Translations under genes and position numbers: made by a program | Notes under the pieces: generated by a model | Databases searched by the model: none | Told to the model about the DNA's origin: nothing | The model's input: only the letters and a program-made list of their open reading frames with translations | Shown: piece by piece, positions 24,530-38,102 of the stretch | Layout: each line of letters opens with the position of its first letter | Numbering within the stretch: the stretch's first letter is position 1 | Source: Gracilinanus agilis | Lineage: Eukaryota | Reading direction: 5' to 3' | Assembly: GCF_016433145.1 (NCBI RefSeq) | Contig: NC_058135.1 | Location: 58,641,075 to 58,705,074, forward strand | Length of the DNA stretch: 64,000 nucleotides

Positions 24530-24813
24530 TGTAAATAATGTCTGACCTCATCAGCTCCCCTGAGTTCAATTATCATCTCAGTATAGATGATTCCCAGACC
24601 TCTATTTCCAGTCCTAGTTTCTCCCCTAAACTAGAGTCATGTATCTCCAACTGCATCTTGGACTTTTCAAACTGGATGTCGCCTAAGTATCTCAAACTCA
24701 ACATGTCCAAAAAGGAACTCATTATCTCCTTCCCCACCTCAGATCTCCCCTCTTCTGAACTGTCCTTTCAAGAGCACCATCATTCTCCTGGACATGGAGA
24801 CCCTCAACCTTGG

Positions 24814-24861
<48 letters not shown>

Positions 24862-25270
24862 CTGGAGCTCAGATTTTATTCATTTTTGTGTGTCTGTAGA
24901 TGTAGAGCTATATTACAGATTTACAACCTAATTTCAGTTCTGTATTCTATATCCATACATAAGTATCTATGAATATAGAGGACATATTTACACATGGATG
25001 TTTGCATACACATGAATAGATGTGTTATATGTGTGTGTCCTGAAACTCGGTTTCAGTGACTTGCTTCAAGCCCACAAAGAACTTGGTGTCATCCTTGGCT
25101 CTTCACTCTCATTCTTCTCATGTAGCTAGTCAATGGCCAGATCTTTTCATTTCTACCTCCACGTTTTCTCTACACCCCTCTTTCTCCACTCATAAAGCCA
25201 CAAGACTATTTAGCTCTTCCTTCCTTACCTTCTAACTGGCCTCTCTGCCTCAAATTTCTCCCAACTTTTT
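24530..25270 (+). mobile_element. L2 LINE, interrupted at about 24812-25080
   Basis: gatgattcccagacctctatttccagtcct...ctcaaactcaacatgtccaaaa...ggtgtcatccttggctcttcactctc. Confidence 0.85.
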
Positions 25271-25307
25271 AACTCAGCTGCCATGCCAGAATAAAAGATC
25301 GTCCAAG

Positions 25308-25495
25308 GAGGGCAGCAAGATGGCTCAATGAATAGAGAGCCAGACCCAAAAGATGGGAAGTTCTGGGTTTAAATCTAGCCTCAAATACTTCCTAGATGGG
25401 AAAGCCATTTAACTGCAGTTGCCTAGCCCTTACCACTTTTCTGCCTTTAACTAATACACAGTATTGATTCTAAGATGGAACAGAAAGGTTTAAAT
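25308..25495 (+). mobile_element. SINE1_Mdo-type SINE
   Basis: gcctagcccttaccacttttctgcc...atacacagtattgattctaagatggaa. Confidence 0.8.
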
Positions 25496-26659
25496 ATATC
25501 ATCCCAGGGCTTTCCAATTCTCACAGGAGACGTGTGCCTTTCTTTCACAGTAATATATCATCCTACTTGCCACATGTATTAAGTACAAATAAAATAACAG
25601 ATATGAAGCATTAAGCAGAATAGAAGTATAACTTTCTTTTGTGCTATACTCTTATTTAAATCATTTCTTAAGGTTTTTTTCTTCACATTTTCAGGGAGGA
25701 AAGTTCAGTACCATCCATCATGAGAAAGAGTCTCGGCTTATGGATTCTATCCATCTGGTTTCTAGGACTGACTGATTCTTGCTTATACAAGTCATCTAAA
25801 CTCTTTTGGCCTCGGTCTCCTCATCAGATAAATGAAGGGTTGGCCTACATGGCCTCTGAGGACACAAATCCCTTTTTTGGCTGTCATACTGATTTTCTTT
25901 ACTGTAAGTCCAAAGGCCTCTGGGCAAGAGAAATATTCTTGAAAACAAGTTAATCTTTCATCAAAATGAGCTACTGTTATTTTCTAGTTGACCAAATATC
26001 TGACAATTGGGAATCATTATAAAATTTGCTTCCAAGAATTACATGGAAACATTTATGAGTTCCTATGAATCAGACCAAGCTCCAGCTGAGCCTACCATGT
26101 TGGAAAGGCTTGGATTTCAGAGCTGCCTAGTATCCAAAAATTAGAACATCTAAATGTGGAGCAGCGTCCTGTTGGAGAGTTGGCCACTAAGTGATGGCAA
26201 CGATGAGGATGAGGATGTTTGCCATGGGAACTTAAAGATCCCCCAACAATGATGTGGAAGGGCTATGATCTGTTGTAATGATACAACTTTTAATGGATTG
26301 AAAAATACAGTTGACAGAGATTTTAATTTTTCACATCCATTTTCTCATACAGCACTTACTGCATGAGCTGGGAGGGAGGACAGAAAATTGGCCAAACGAA
26401 TGACTTACATGCTACTCATTCTTTTTTGGTCTGTTTCTTTAACTCTCAGAAATCCCTTCATTTTTCACTCTGGCAATTATAGAGTATCTGCTTCCTTTCT
26501 AAAATTCAAGTTGGCATGGATCACCATACCATGCATTACAAATACTCTTTCCACACTCTATAGGACATCATCAAGCTAGTCACCTTCATTTCTTTCTCTG
26601 ATGAAATGGCTTTAAAAAAAAAAGAACATGATAACTGCTATGTAGTTTTGAATCTGCTA

Positions 26660-26975
26660 GATGACACAGTAGATACAGCTCAGGGCCTGGAGTCAGTAAG
26701 ATCTGAGTTCAAATCTAGCCTCAGAAACTTATAAATTGGGCAAGTCATTTAACCTCTGCCTGCTTCAATTTACTAATTTGTAAGATGAGGAAAATATACT
26801 TAACTTCCAGGGTTGTTGTGAGTATCAAATGGTATCTCATTTGTTTTTGAGAAAGCTTTTTATTTTTATCAAAAATATCAGTACACAGGGAAACAGACAC
26901 AGGGAAAGGCAACTACAAAAATCCCAAATTTGGTCACAAAGAGTCAGACACAACTGAAACAACTGAACAACAAAA
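26660..26975 (+). mobile_element. MIR/MAR1-type SINE
   Basis: ggcctggagtcagtaagatctgagttcaaatctagcctcaga...gagtcagacacaactgaaacaactgaacaac. Confidence 0.75.
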
Positions 26976-27172
26976 TCAATCATTATTATTATGCCATTTT
27001 TAATACTAGTTGCTATGCAGCAGACAGATCTTAGAACTTCCTATTAATTAGATGGGCACATGACAGGCTACCATAACCAAAGGCAATAAAAATAATAATA
27101 ATCCAGAACCTATAACAGGTCTGACTTTATAACCTATGAGGTAGTTATTGTCTAAAATATCATGACTTTTTC

Positions 27173-28114
27173 AAGTTCAAATCTGGTGAATGGGGAGACA
27201 CCCCTCAAAATTGAACAAACAGCTTGGACTGGGCTCTTAAAAGGACTTTATCAGGACTTTTTCTCTGAGCAAAAAGTTTTTCCGTTCCTAAGAAAGTCCG
27301 ATGCTCTGTAGATTTTTCAAAAATCCTAAATCTACTAACAAGATTGACATCCACATTGTCTACCAGTATCTACACAGACAAAGTGCAACACAGCATTGAA
27401 ATAACCTCACGCTAAATCAAACTTTCCTCAAATGTATTTAGCTGCAAATTATTGCTTTCATCGCAAGTTTGTAAAAATTTCTTTTTATTGTCTTTCCCAG
27501 AAGGAATCCACATGTCTGAATGAATGAATGAATGAATGAGGGATGAAACACAATCCTTCCACTTTACTGCCCCCATCTATAAAAATGCTAATTTCACACA
27601 AACAAACCTAACCCAAACCTTTTCCCCTCTGCCTAGGCTAGGCTCTGTGAAGTGATGCTGATCCACGATGATCTCATGGAGCAGGGAAGTTATTAGGAAA
27701 CTTATCCTCTTAGAAAATCATCTTGAACAGGCCCAAGGAGAGAGAATTTGAGGTTCAATATAAAATGACAGATTGGTAGCACTACAGAGTCGGAGGTGGG
27801 GGGAAGAAGGAGGCGGGAAAGAGGGACAATAGGGATTGTGTGAATTACTCTATCTTGAGATTTCCCTATCTGGAGCATTCCTCCTCTTTCCAACCCAAAG
27901 CTCTCCAGCAAGTGGAAAAGTGCCAAGAATGTGAAAGTCTGCTGAACTCTGTCGCAGTTTTGTGAAATTGGCAAATGTCCACAAAGGTTTAGGTCAGCCC
28001 ACCACATCCATCTGAGCTCTGAACCAAAAACACTCTGGAACGGAAAAGTTCAAATCTGGTGAATGGGGAGACACCCCTCAAAATCGAACAAACAGCTTGG
28101 ACTAGGCTCTTAAA
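27173..28114 (+). repeat. 69-bp direct repeat pair (27173-27241 and 28046-28114)
   Basis: aagttcaaatctggtgaatggggagacacccctcaaaat(t/c)gaacaaacagcttggact(g/a)ggctcttaaa; 2 mismatches. Confidence 0.95.
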
Positions 28115-28749
28115 TTTTCTCTGTACTGAGTGGAGAACAAAAAAAGGTGGGGGGGGGGGGCTTCTACACTAGAGAGAGAAAGAAAGAAATTCTGTTTTAG
28201 TTATTCCTGAGTAATTGTGAGTAATCTCCTCTTCTGATGTATTTTCTTGACCTCTTAAGAGGAAAAAAAAAGCACAGGAAGAAAACTACTTCTTTAACCC
28301 CCTGATGACAGAAACAAATTGTTTTGCAGCTCTGGGAAGAGATTTGTCACAAATGTGCAAACCAGATCTCGCATCCTGGATACTGTGCAGAGCTACAGGT
28401 CTACATTTTCAATGAATACCAGCGTTATTCTCTAATAACACTAGAGATGTTTGAAACTTGAGGCTCTCCGCTGATGTTTCACAGGTATGTTTTTATGGTG
28501 ACATTCCCCACCCCAAAAAATGTGAGGTTTTGATTTTAAGTATTATTTTATTATTTGAATTGGTTCTTAACATGCCCAATTGGAATTTTTTAAAACACTT
28601 TTCCAATCTCCCTTAAATGCCTAGCTCAAAATGAGGCTAAGGTTGAAAATGGGCTACCCCAAATGCTTAAAGTAAATGACCCAAGTAAGGCCTGGCACCA
28701 TCTATAAAAATGCTCATTTCACACCCAAGCTGTTCCCCTATAAAATCTC

Positions 28750-28980
28750 AGGGGATCTAGGTGGCACAGTCAATAGACTGCCATGTCTAGAGCTATTAAG
28801 ACTTACCTTCCTGAGTTCAAATATTGTCTCAGATACTTACTGGCTGTGTGATCCTGAGCAAGTCACTTAACCCTGTTTACCTCAGAAAAAAATAGCAAAC
28901 CACTCCAGTATCTTTGCCAGGAAAACCCTAAATGGGATCACAAAGAGTCAGGCACAACTGAAAACAACTCAAAAACAACT
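28750..28980 (+). mobile_element. MAR1-type SINE
   Basis: ctaggtggcacagt...gcaaaccactccagtatctttgccaggaaaacc. Confidence 0.85.
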
Positions 28981-28999
28981 GCGTGGCTTTGGATAGATG

Positions 29000-29880
29000 G
29001 CTGAATCAAATAGCAAACATTTAATAAGCTGGAAACAAGACAAAAAAAGGTAAAAACAGTGCCTGCCTGGGAGAAGCTTTCATTCTACTGGGGGTGGGAG
29101 GTAAATAAGTAGATACATACAAGATACATATAGAGTGTCTGGAACATAAGTTGAGTAAAAGATTCTATTGGCTGGGGGACCAGGAAAGATCTCCTTCAGA
29201 ATCAAGAAGAAAGACAAAGAATTCTAAGTAGAAAAGAGTCTCTTAAGGGCTTAGCCTCTCTGATTCTCATTTTCCCCAACTATAAATTGAGAGAAATTAA
29301 TCTAGATGACAGAGGCTGGACCTCAAAGGTCAATTCTGCCTCCAAAAAGACAATCTTATTCTTATTTCAGGAAAGTACTCTAGCCCTTCCATAAGACAAA
29401 AGTCCAGGCTACCATTGCTTCCAATATAAGTCCCAAATCTGGTGCATAAACTTGGTTTTTACAATTAATGTAACTGGTTTCCTTTTAGTACTACATATTT
29501 TATTTTATGGATTCAGAAACACTTTTTGAGATAGCCAAAAGCTTCTTAACATTGCCAGAGGAGTCTACTAACACACACAAAAAAAGGTTAAGAATCCCTG
29601 GCAGGGACAGAAAAGAAGAGGGACCAGGACAGAGTCTTGTGGGATACAAGTGAGCATGACTTTCATGATGAATTCAGTAACAGCAAAGGAGATGAAGAAG
29701 GAGTGACCCAGGTAGGAAGGGAACCAGGAGAGACCAAATCATTAAAAACCCAGAGAGGAAAAATATCCAGGAAAAGATGATCAACAGCCAAAGGCTATAG
29801 AAAGGCCAAGTAGGATGACCACTGAAAAAAGACCATTAGATTTGGCGATTAAAAGATCTTGGGCAACTTTGAAGAGAGTG
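29000..29880 (-). mobile_element. L2 fragments with a nested MER5/Charlie-like hAT piece (about 29450-29600)
   Basis: aaacatttaataag..., aaaaagaccattagatttggcgattaaaagatc; aaaaaggttaagaatccctg TIR. Confidence 0.6.
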
Positions 29881-32119
29881 CATTCTGGGGTAGTATCAAA
29901 CTAGAAGTTAAAATGACACCAGGACCCAGTCAAAGAACAGCAAGAATACATTCAAGCAACATTCAAAAAAAATAAAACATTTTTTAATTTTCCAAAAGGA
30001 GGACAGATACTGCTTTTAATGACATAAGCAAATCACCTGAAAATTCAATGCAAAGTTTCAGCGAAGCATCTACTTAGGAAAATAACTAACCAAAATTACA
30101 TTTGCCAGAATTAAATCAATGGTAAACATGACTTTCTTATAAAGGGGATGAGTATCTCCGCATACACACCCATCCCCAATTTTGTGGTCAGTAAAGAAGT
30201 CAGGAGGAGTCTCAAAGTAATCAGCTCAACTAGCTAAAATCCAAAACTGAGAAGAAACTATTGTGGAAAATGGTCAATTCTGGTTCCAAAATTTCTTTGG
30301 TAACAAGCAAAACTTAATGTGTTCTACTTTTCTAACATCATTAGGAGAGAGGAATGCCCCATGGGAGAATGTGGCATTACCAAGAAAGGGTGGGAAATGT
30401 GAATACTATTTCTCATTCATCTGACTTTTTTCAACAATTAGCTATATTCACAACGATCACTCAAAGAATGATAGTCTGCACTGAGAAACTGAGTAGATTT
30501 TCCTTTTTTTTTTTTAGAAACACTTTTCTCTTTATTAGAAAATATTTCTCTTCTCTCAATAGATGAGACACACACCCCATGCAAAATGTTCTATATCTCA
30601 CTACAAACTGTTTCCACTTAAGCCACAAAGAAGTCCTCCTTAGCATAAGCTACACAACATGCTCAGTTATTTTGCCATTTTGTTCCCTTCTCCATTCTAT
30701 AAAAAGATAGCTGACCATTCATTTCCCTTTGTAGGACAGAAGACAGTTGACAAATAATGAAAATAGGATTCTTATTCTCTTTTCTTCAAATGTAGAAATA
30801 AGTGGTTTTTGACATCTGTGCTTCAAGTAAGAGGAGTCTATAATTTGGCAGATTAATTCGTGAACTCATAGAGGCCAAGAGAAAACATGCTTCACTGATG
30901 CAATTCTTTTAGAATTGCTCCAAATCCTAGAGTTTAGAGCTCCCTCTAAGACCATAGACCTTCCCCAAATGACTCTTCTTTTTATCAAAGCCTAAATATA
31001 TTGGAGTTTGCCAACAAATAAGGCAAATAAATGTGATAGCACTAAATCTAGAAATGGGAATCTGAATCTGAATTGTCTGAGTTTGAAACCTTATACAGAC
31101 ATAGTATCTATCTCGCAGGGTTCTTGTGAGGATCAAATGAGACAGTATTTTTAAAGTGCTCTGCAAATCTTAAAATATCATATAAATATATTATTTTTTA
31201 TTAACTTCAAACCTTTTCACCCATTCTAATTTGATAAAGGGAAAAAACAGATAATTTGATGTTCTTGAATGACTGACAAATATAATTTAAAAATCTATTT
31301 CTGTATATGGGTTAATCTAGTTCAAATAGTTTTATACAAGGTGACAGGGGAGAACAGCTATCTTAGGTTGTAACACCAGATAATAGAAATCTAGGGTCGA
31401 AGTACAGCCACTGAAACCTGGACCTCTGAAGGATGCTATTTATTTCTTTGTCATTTCCAAAGGTCATATTTTCCTATACTAAAATAATGCTCAAAGATTC
31501 TGCAGAAACTGAAATTAAAATGGGCTTTTTCAGAAGACCCTTCCTAAATGAAATGTTTCTATAATATAAACTATCAGCATTTGATTTCATTTGCATCTGA
31601 TGTTCAGCAAATTATCTACATCTGGTTAAGAAACTCTATTTATACTACATAAATAGGCATGCCATTTCCCTTGTAAGCTCCTAGAGGACAGGGACTGTTT
31701 CATTTTGTCTTTGTATCTCCTTTGTCTAGCCCAGTATTAGGCACATAATAAGAGTTAAATAAATGATCCTTGATTGATTAAGGCCAAGACTGATCAAAAT
31801 GCAAGGTCTGACATGCCTCAACAATGGGAGAAAAAAATCCTATTCCTCTTCACATCAGTCAGTCAGTCAATAAACATTTATTAAGCTCCTACTATGTACC
31901 AGAAACTGTGTTAAAGCTGAGGATGCTAAAAAATGTAAAAGACAGTCCATGACCTCAAGGAGCCCCAAACTTCATCATCATCACCAATTAATTTTTGTCA
32001 GGAAGAATAACCATCTTATCTATCAATAAAATTTCCCCCTCTGTAGGTACTAAAGAAGAGTTAAGAAAGAATGAGAAGGAAGAATAAGAAAGAAATTCTT
32101 CAATTGCGGGATAGCCAAA

Positions 32120-32350
32120 TAAATTCTAGTAGGTGAATAGAATGGAATATTATTGTTCCATAAGAAATAACAAATGTGAAAAATTCAGAGAAACTTGGGA
32201 AGACTTGTATGAATTGGTGCAGAGTAAAGTAAGCAGAACCAGAGGAAACATTTACACAGTGAGCACAACGATGGGAAGTAAAACGCCAAAATACTTTCAG
32301 AATTCTGATCAAAGCAGTCATCAATCAACTGACAATGAAGCCTCTCTCTC
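32120..32350 (+). mobile_element. marsupial L1 3' fragment
   Basis: ttcagagaaacttgggaagacttgtatgaattggtgcagagtaaagtaagcagaaccagagg. Confidence 0.85.
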
Positions 32351-32424
32351 CTCTTTTTCAGTTGAGTCCAACTCTTTGCAATTCCATTGGAGTTTTCTTG
32401 GCAATGATAATGGAATAGTTTTGT

Positions 32425-32600
32425 CATTTTCTTCTCCTGCTCATTTTACAGATGAAGAAACTGAGGCCAAGAGGAATAGGTGACATGCCCAAGATCACAC
32501 AGCTAATAAATATCAGAAGATAGATTTGAATTCAGGAAGATAAGTCTTCCTGGCTCCATGCCCTGGTCGCTCTATCCATTGTACCACCTCGCTGCTCAAA
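32425..32600 (-). mobile_element. MAR1-type SINE
   Basis: ctcattttacagatgaagaaactgaggcc...ttcaggaagataagtcttcctggctcc. Confidence 0.8.
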
Positions 32601-33703
32601 GAGGTGATAGAGCCAAAAGATGTTTGGTTTGTTTTTGTTTTTGTTTTGCTTTGTTATACATACTTATTAAAAATGGATTGCTTCAATTCGGTGTTGGAAG
32701 GTCCAGGGGAAGATTGTGACAATGATTTTTGAAAAATGAAATGCTATAAATTTTTTAAAAGAAAACTTGGGTTAAGCATAAGTGTGGTTAGAGAACAAAC
32801 GGCAGCCCTAACTTGCTTTTCGTTAAAAGCACTAAATTATTTGTGAAAACAAAGGTAAGTTAGTTTGTCTTATTTTTCCAAAAAGCGATGCAAAATGAAG
32901 GTCAATGAATGAATAATAAAGGGCGTCACTGGGAGATGAAATCCAACCTATCTCGGAGAACCCATAAAGTGGCCAAGTAGAGATCATTTCTGCCACTGCC
33001 AACAACTCATTGAGTTAAAGAAATCCATATGTATCTATGGAGAATGTTCAAAGAATATGTTGAAATATTAATTTGGCTTAACGAGTTCAATTGGAATTTA
33101 TGATATAAGGATAACAACTTGAGGGCTAAATCTTAACAAATTAAGTGTCTTTCTGGGCAAATGGATTTAATATTTAATGATTAGAGATTCAGTATTTCCT
33201 CAAGGAACTGCATACAATTCAACTGAGAAAGAAGACCTATAACCATACTAAAAGATATAAAGTTAAGGACCAAAATGCCCAATGAAGGGGGGAAAAATTC
33301 TATTCAATGTATAGTAAGAGACTTACAAAACCATTAAGGGATCTAGTTAAAATAAAATTCCTGTATCCAATTTTAAGTTCTTATGATATATTAAAATATT
33401 ACTTTATGACTATAACATAATATTACTATGACTATAACATTACGTGTGTAGGTATGAACATATACAGTTATATGTTCATTATTAACTCAGAAACAATTGA
33501 ATAAAGTTCAAAGACATAAAATTACAAAATTTATACTAAAGGATATAAATAAAAAAACCACACAATGGTTCTGTATGTGTCTTTTTAAGGTATAAATTTA
33601 GTATTCAGTGACAAAATTATTTCATCCTAAGTATCTTCTGATGAGTTTTTTGTCCATCTCTTTGCTCAAATCTCTCCTAGGACCTCTACTTATCCTCTAA
33701 GGC

Positions 33704-34100
33704 AGGAGTTCTTAACTTGGTATCTTTCACTTGTTTCTTTCAAATATTTTTATCATTTTCTTTCACTATAAATGGTTCCTTAAGGGGGCAGCTGGGTAGC
33801 TCAGTGGAGTGAGAGTCGGGCCTAGAGACGGGAGGTCCTGGGTTCAAATGTGGCCTCAGCCACTTCCCAGCTATGTGACCCTGGGCAAGTCACTTGACCC
33901 CCCACTGCTCACCCTTACCACTCTTCCACCTATGAGACAATACACCGAAGTACAAGGGTTTAAAAAAAAATTATAAATGGTTCCTTAAGTAATTCTTTGT
34001 ATTTTATTTTATGTACTGAAAAATATTCTAAAAGAGGTTCATGAGTTTCATCAGAATCTCAAAGGGGCTCATGACATACAAAAAGGTTAAGAATCCCTGA
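33704..34100. mobile_element. old MER5/Charlie-like hAT element, split by a young SINE
   Basis: TIR-like caggagttcttaact ... aggttaagaatccctg. Confidence 0.7.
33785..33971 (+). mobile_element. young SINE1_Mdo
   Basis: Full length with CpGs retained and A tail; 18-bp TSD tataaatggttccttaag at 33767-33784 and 33972-33989. Confidence 0.95.
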
Positions 34101-34444
34101 TGTAGGTCTTCCAACATTTCCTCCATATCATTTAACACTTGGGCTGTCCACCTGGAATCCCTCATTCTCACTACATTATAAAATTATGATCTGTTATTCT
34201 CATGACATGAGGACATCTCTCAATGAATTCTAGTCACTTGCCCCCAACTCTCTACATATGAAAAGCATGGCAAAAGGGAAAAGTTTTCATTTGTCCTACA
34301 AGGCCTTCTTTCATTTTTCCTCTCTCACTTCCTTGACAAATTCACACTCCATCAAGAATCAAATGAAGAAAAGGAAAGGAATTGAGATGATGGTGATTTA
34401 GAAGTTGTAAAATTCTGAGGCAGGATCTTTTTGTGTATTCTTGT

Positions 34445-35310
34445 ATGACACATTTTCTTTTAAGAAAACATATTTTATTTTCCCAATTACATATAACAAT
34501 TTTCCACATACATTTTCTGAAGTTATAAGACCAAATTGTCTCTCTCCCTCCTTCCCTTCCCTCCCCAATTCTGGATATGGGAAACAATTTGGTCTGGATT
34601 ATACATATATTATCATGCAAAACACATTTCCATATTGGCTATTGTTGTAAGAGAATACTTATATAATACCAAAACCCCAAAATAAGAACACAGATAATAT
34701 ACTAAAGTGAAAAATAGTACACTTTGGTCTGCATTCTGACTCCACCAGTTCTTTCTCCAAAGGTGGATAGCATTCTTTGTCAAAAATCCTTCAGAATTGT
34801 CCTGGATCATTATATCACTAAGAGTAACTACGTCTTTCATAATTGATTATTGTACAATAAATATTGCTGTTCCTGTGTATAAAGTTCTCTTGGTCTTGCT
34901 TATTTCACTCTGCATCATTTGATGTAGATCTTTCCAGCTTTTTCTGAAATCGCCCTATTAATCATTTCTTATAGCACAATAGTATTCCATCACCATTATA
35001 TACCACAATTTGTTCAGCCATTCCCCAATTGAGGGCCAACCCCTCAATTTCCAATTCTTTGCAATCACAAAAAGAGTTGCTGTAAATATTTTTGTACAAA
35101 CAGATTCTTTCCCCTTTTTAAAGTTTTATAGCCCTTTGGGCATAGTTCTGAATTGCCTGCCAGAATGGTTAGATCAGTTCTGTACCAACAATGAATTAAT
35201 GTCCCAGTTTTGCCACATCTCTCCTCTAACATTCATCACTGTCCTTTATTGACATATTGGCCAATCTCATGGGCATGAGGTGGTACCTCAGAGTCATTTT
35301 AGTTTGCATT
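34445..35310 (-). mobile_element. marsupial L1 (ORF2 end and 3' UTR)
   Basis: ataccacaatttgttcagccattccccaattga...ttccaattctttgc...ggtacctcagagt. Confidence 0.9.
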
Positions 35311-35482
35311 TTGTACATCACATTTTCAAGAGGATGATGCTCTATTATCATAGAGTATTTTACCTGGGTGGTTTTTTAATATTAAATGCTTTTGATGGAC
35401 TGCAAAACAATAATACTATTGACTAGTTTCTGTAAATGTACAAACTATAGTTTCTACATTAACAGGGATTTACTTTTTAAAC

Positions 35483-36045
35483 TTGGCACTCTTTTTGTGG
35501 TGACAACTGGAAACTAAAGAGGTACTTAGTCAGGAAATGGAATGGATGAATATATTATGGTATATGAATCTTATGTACTATAATTACAATCTTAAAACAT
35601 TTTTGTTTTGCTGTAAGAAATGAAAGCCATGGATTCAGAGAAACCTGGGAAGACTTGTGTGAACTGGCACAGAGTAAAATGAGCATAGTTAAAAGAACAA
35701 TTTGTAGTAGAATATCAATATTATAAAAAAAATTTTGAAAGACCCAACAACTCTGATTAACTCAATAATCAATCATGATTCCAGAAGATTAATGAAGAAG
35801 AATGCTATTCATTTCACCACAGAGATTAGTCCATCACCTGATAAATAAATATATAGAATGAGAAACAAATTTTTGGACATGGCTAATGAGGGAATTTGCT
35901 TTGCTTGACTATGTTTATGACTAGGTGTTCTTAGTTAGTCTCTTTTTCTTTTCTTCTTTTCTTTTTCCATTGGAATGCTGGAGAATTGAGGGAAAAATAA
36001 ATACTTGATAATTTTGAAAATAAAAATTTAATTAAATTTTAAAAA
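35483..36045 (+). mobile_element. marsupial L1 3' end
   Basis: ggattcagagaaacctgggaagacttgtgtgaactggcacagagtaaaatgagc. Confidence 0.85.
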
Positions 36046-38102
36046 ATTCTAGAGCATAGAAATTGAATAGGTCTAATTGAATTCACAAGTGGCATACTTA
36101 TATGAATGCTTAAGAAATTTTGTTGATGATGATAATCTGTTTGAATAACTGGTTCTAGAGCAAAGCTAAGGTTTAGGCTTGGCTTAACACAAGTTAGCAC
36201 AACCACTGTTTAAACCCAAACTTTTTTTATTTTTTAATTTGGTGACAAACTTACAAGTTTCTAGATTTTTTCCATGGAATGAGAAGGTTCTCTGAACCAT
36301 AGGTAAAGCCCAACAGTTCTCTAAGATTATAAATCACAGAACATTTGCCAGTCTGCTTTGGTAAAGGGAATTTCCTCACTGACAAAAACATCAATGAAAT
36401 CTAGGATACCAAGTTTAAAAGAAAATCTACATAATAAATATATGTGTATATATATATATATATGTGCACATATGTATCTGATAAACACAATAAACTTTCA
36501 CTAAAGTTCTAATCTGACGTCTCAGGACAGCACAAACTATATAAGGTACTTTATGCTCTAGTAGGTCCTGTCAGAATAACACAATGATGGACTAACATTT
36601 AGTGAAGGACTAGCCCAAGCCAACCAGAAAATTAACCACAAGGTGGTGAATTCTTTTTGGCCACACCTAATCATAAAGACTACTTGATAAGTCATAGAGG
36701 AATTATAAATCTAAGTCAGTGGGGAAACTCTCCATATTGTCAAAATTACAGGCCTTATGATGTATTCTAGATGGTAATAATCTTAATTGTTGGTAACAAT
36801 ATTCAATAATGTGAAAAAAGGCATAAAATATAAATTTTGTAGATATGCAGATATCTACACAAAAGTCAAAACATAAAGTAGGCAGGCCATTATAAAAATA
36901 GAACAAGTAGTTGAGGATAACAGGCTATGGAATAGTACAATGAAAAGAATATTTTTTATATTACTTATTTTTTCAAAGCAAAAATTCCCATTCTCCATAC
37001 CTTATAGTTATTATTGAATTATTCAATTTGAAAATCTAAAAAGGAAGGTTTAAAGCTATCAGTGGACAGTAACACACTTCTTTGTTCTCAAAAACTCTTT
37101 TAGGAGGTAAATTTGAGTTCACACTTTCCCTGAGGGATTTTCATACCATGTCTAGGGTATACAGTACCTTATCTTCACTCAGATTGCCAACATAGTCAAA
37201 TAGGGAAAGGAAATAAATATACATTGGCACCTGCAGCATGGAGGAGTCAATGAGTGGGCACTGATGATGTGACAAGTAATTGAAGCACAATGCCAACAAG
37301 CTACTAAAATGTTGACTTCTTAAATTAAACTGTTTATAAACAATCAGATTTTTAAAAAACTCCAACCACCAACAGAACTAGAACTGGCAGCGAATACATG
37401 AAGAGAGAGACTTGTTCCCTAGAATGACATAAAATATAGTTTCTCTACTGGAAAATTAGGAATATGACCCACTTTACTTTGCCATCTGAGTCCCAAAGGT
37501 CACATGGAATATCTACTAACTATATCTACTATCTTCAAAATAGAAAGGAAAAAACCATATGAAATATTACACTAGTACCTAAAAAATGGAGCCATCTAGA
37601 CTAACAAGTGGAAATAAGCATTGAGTAGCCTTCTTTAATGGGAAGAGCCACTGGGAATGAAGTGAAGTATATTTGGAGTTCTAATCAAGAGAGGTCCTAA
37701 GGTTTAATTAAGGTCCTAATCTTTAGTGAATAAGTGTCAAACTTGGAGTTAAGAAGACCAGGATTCTGACAAATGCCCCTTCTGGCTCCATACAGGCTGT
37801 GCTCCCATGGGTGAGTCACTTAACCTTTTGCAAATTTCAGATTCTGCCTTTAAAAATTAGAATAACACCTGAAACCCTTTTCTCCATGGATTGCTGTAGA
37901 GCTAAAGGGAGACTGTAAATACAATACTTTCCAAACTTCAAAGCATATATGAATATCAGGCATCATTGTGATTTATTAATTATCTCACGATGCCCTGGGA
38001 CAAATTCCTTTTTTCCCAGCTTTTAAATACAGTAAAAAGACTTGGGATCTAAGTTAGCAGCACTGTAACTAACTAGTGGTAAAATCCTACCCAACCACTT
38101 AC

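Noticed and set aside
28330-28484. Plus-strand exon-like segment ending CAG|GTATGT
   Set aside because: Stops in all three frames and a short acceptor tract; at most non-coding, with no support
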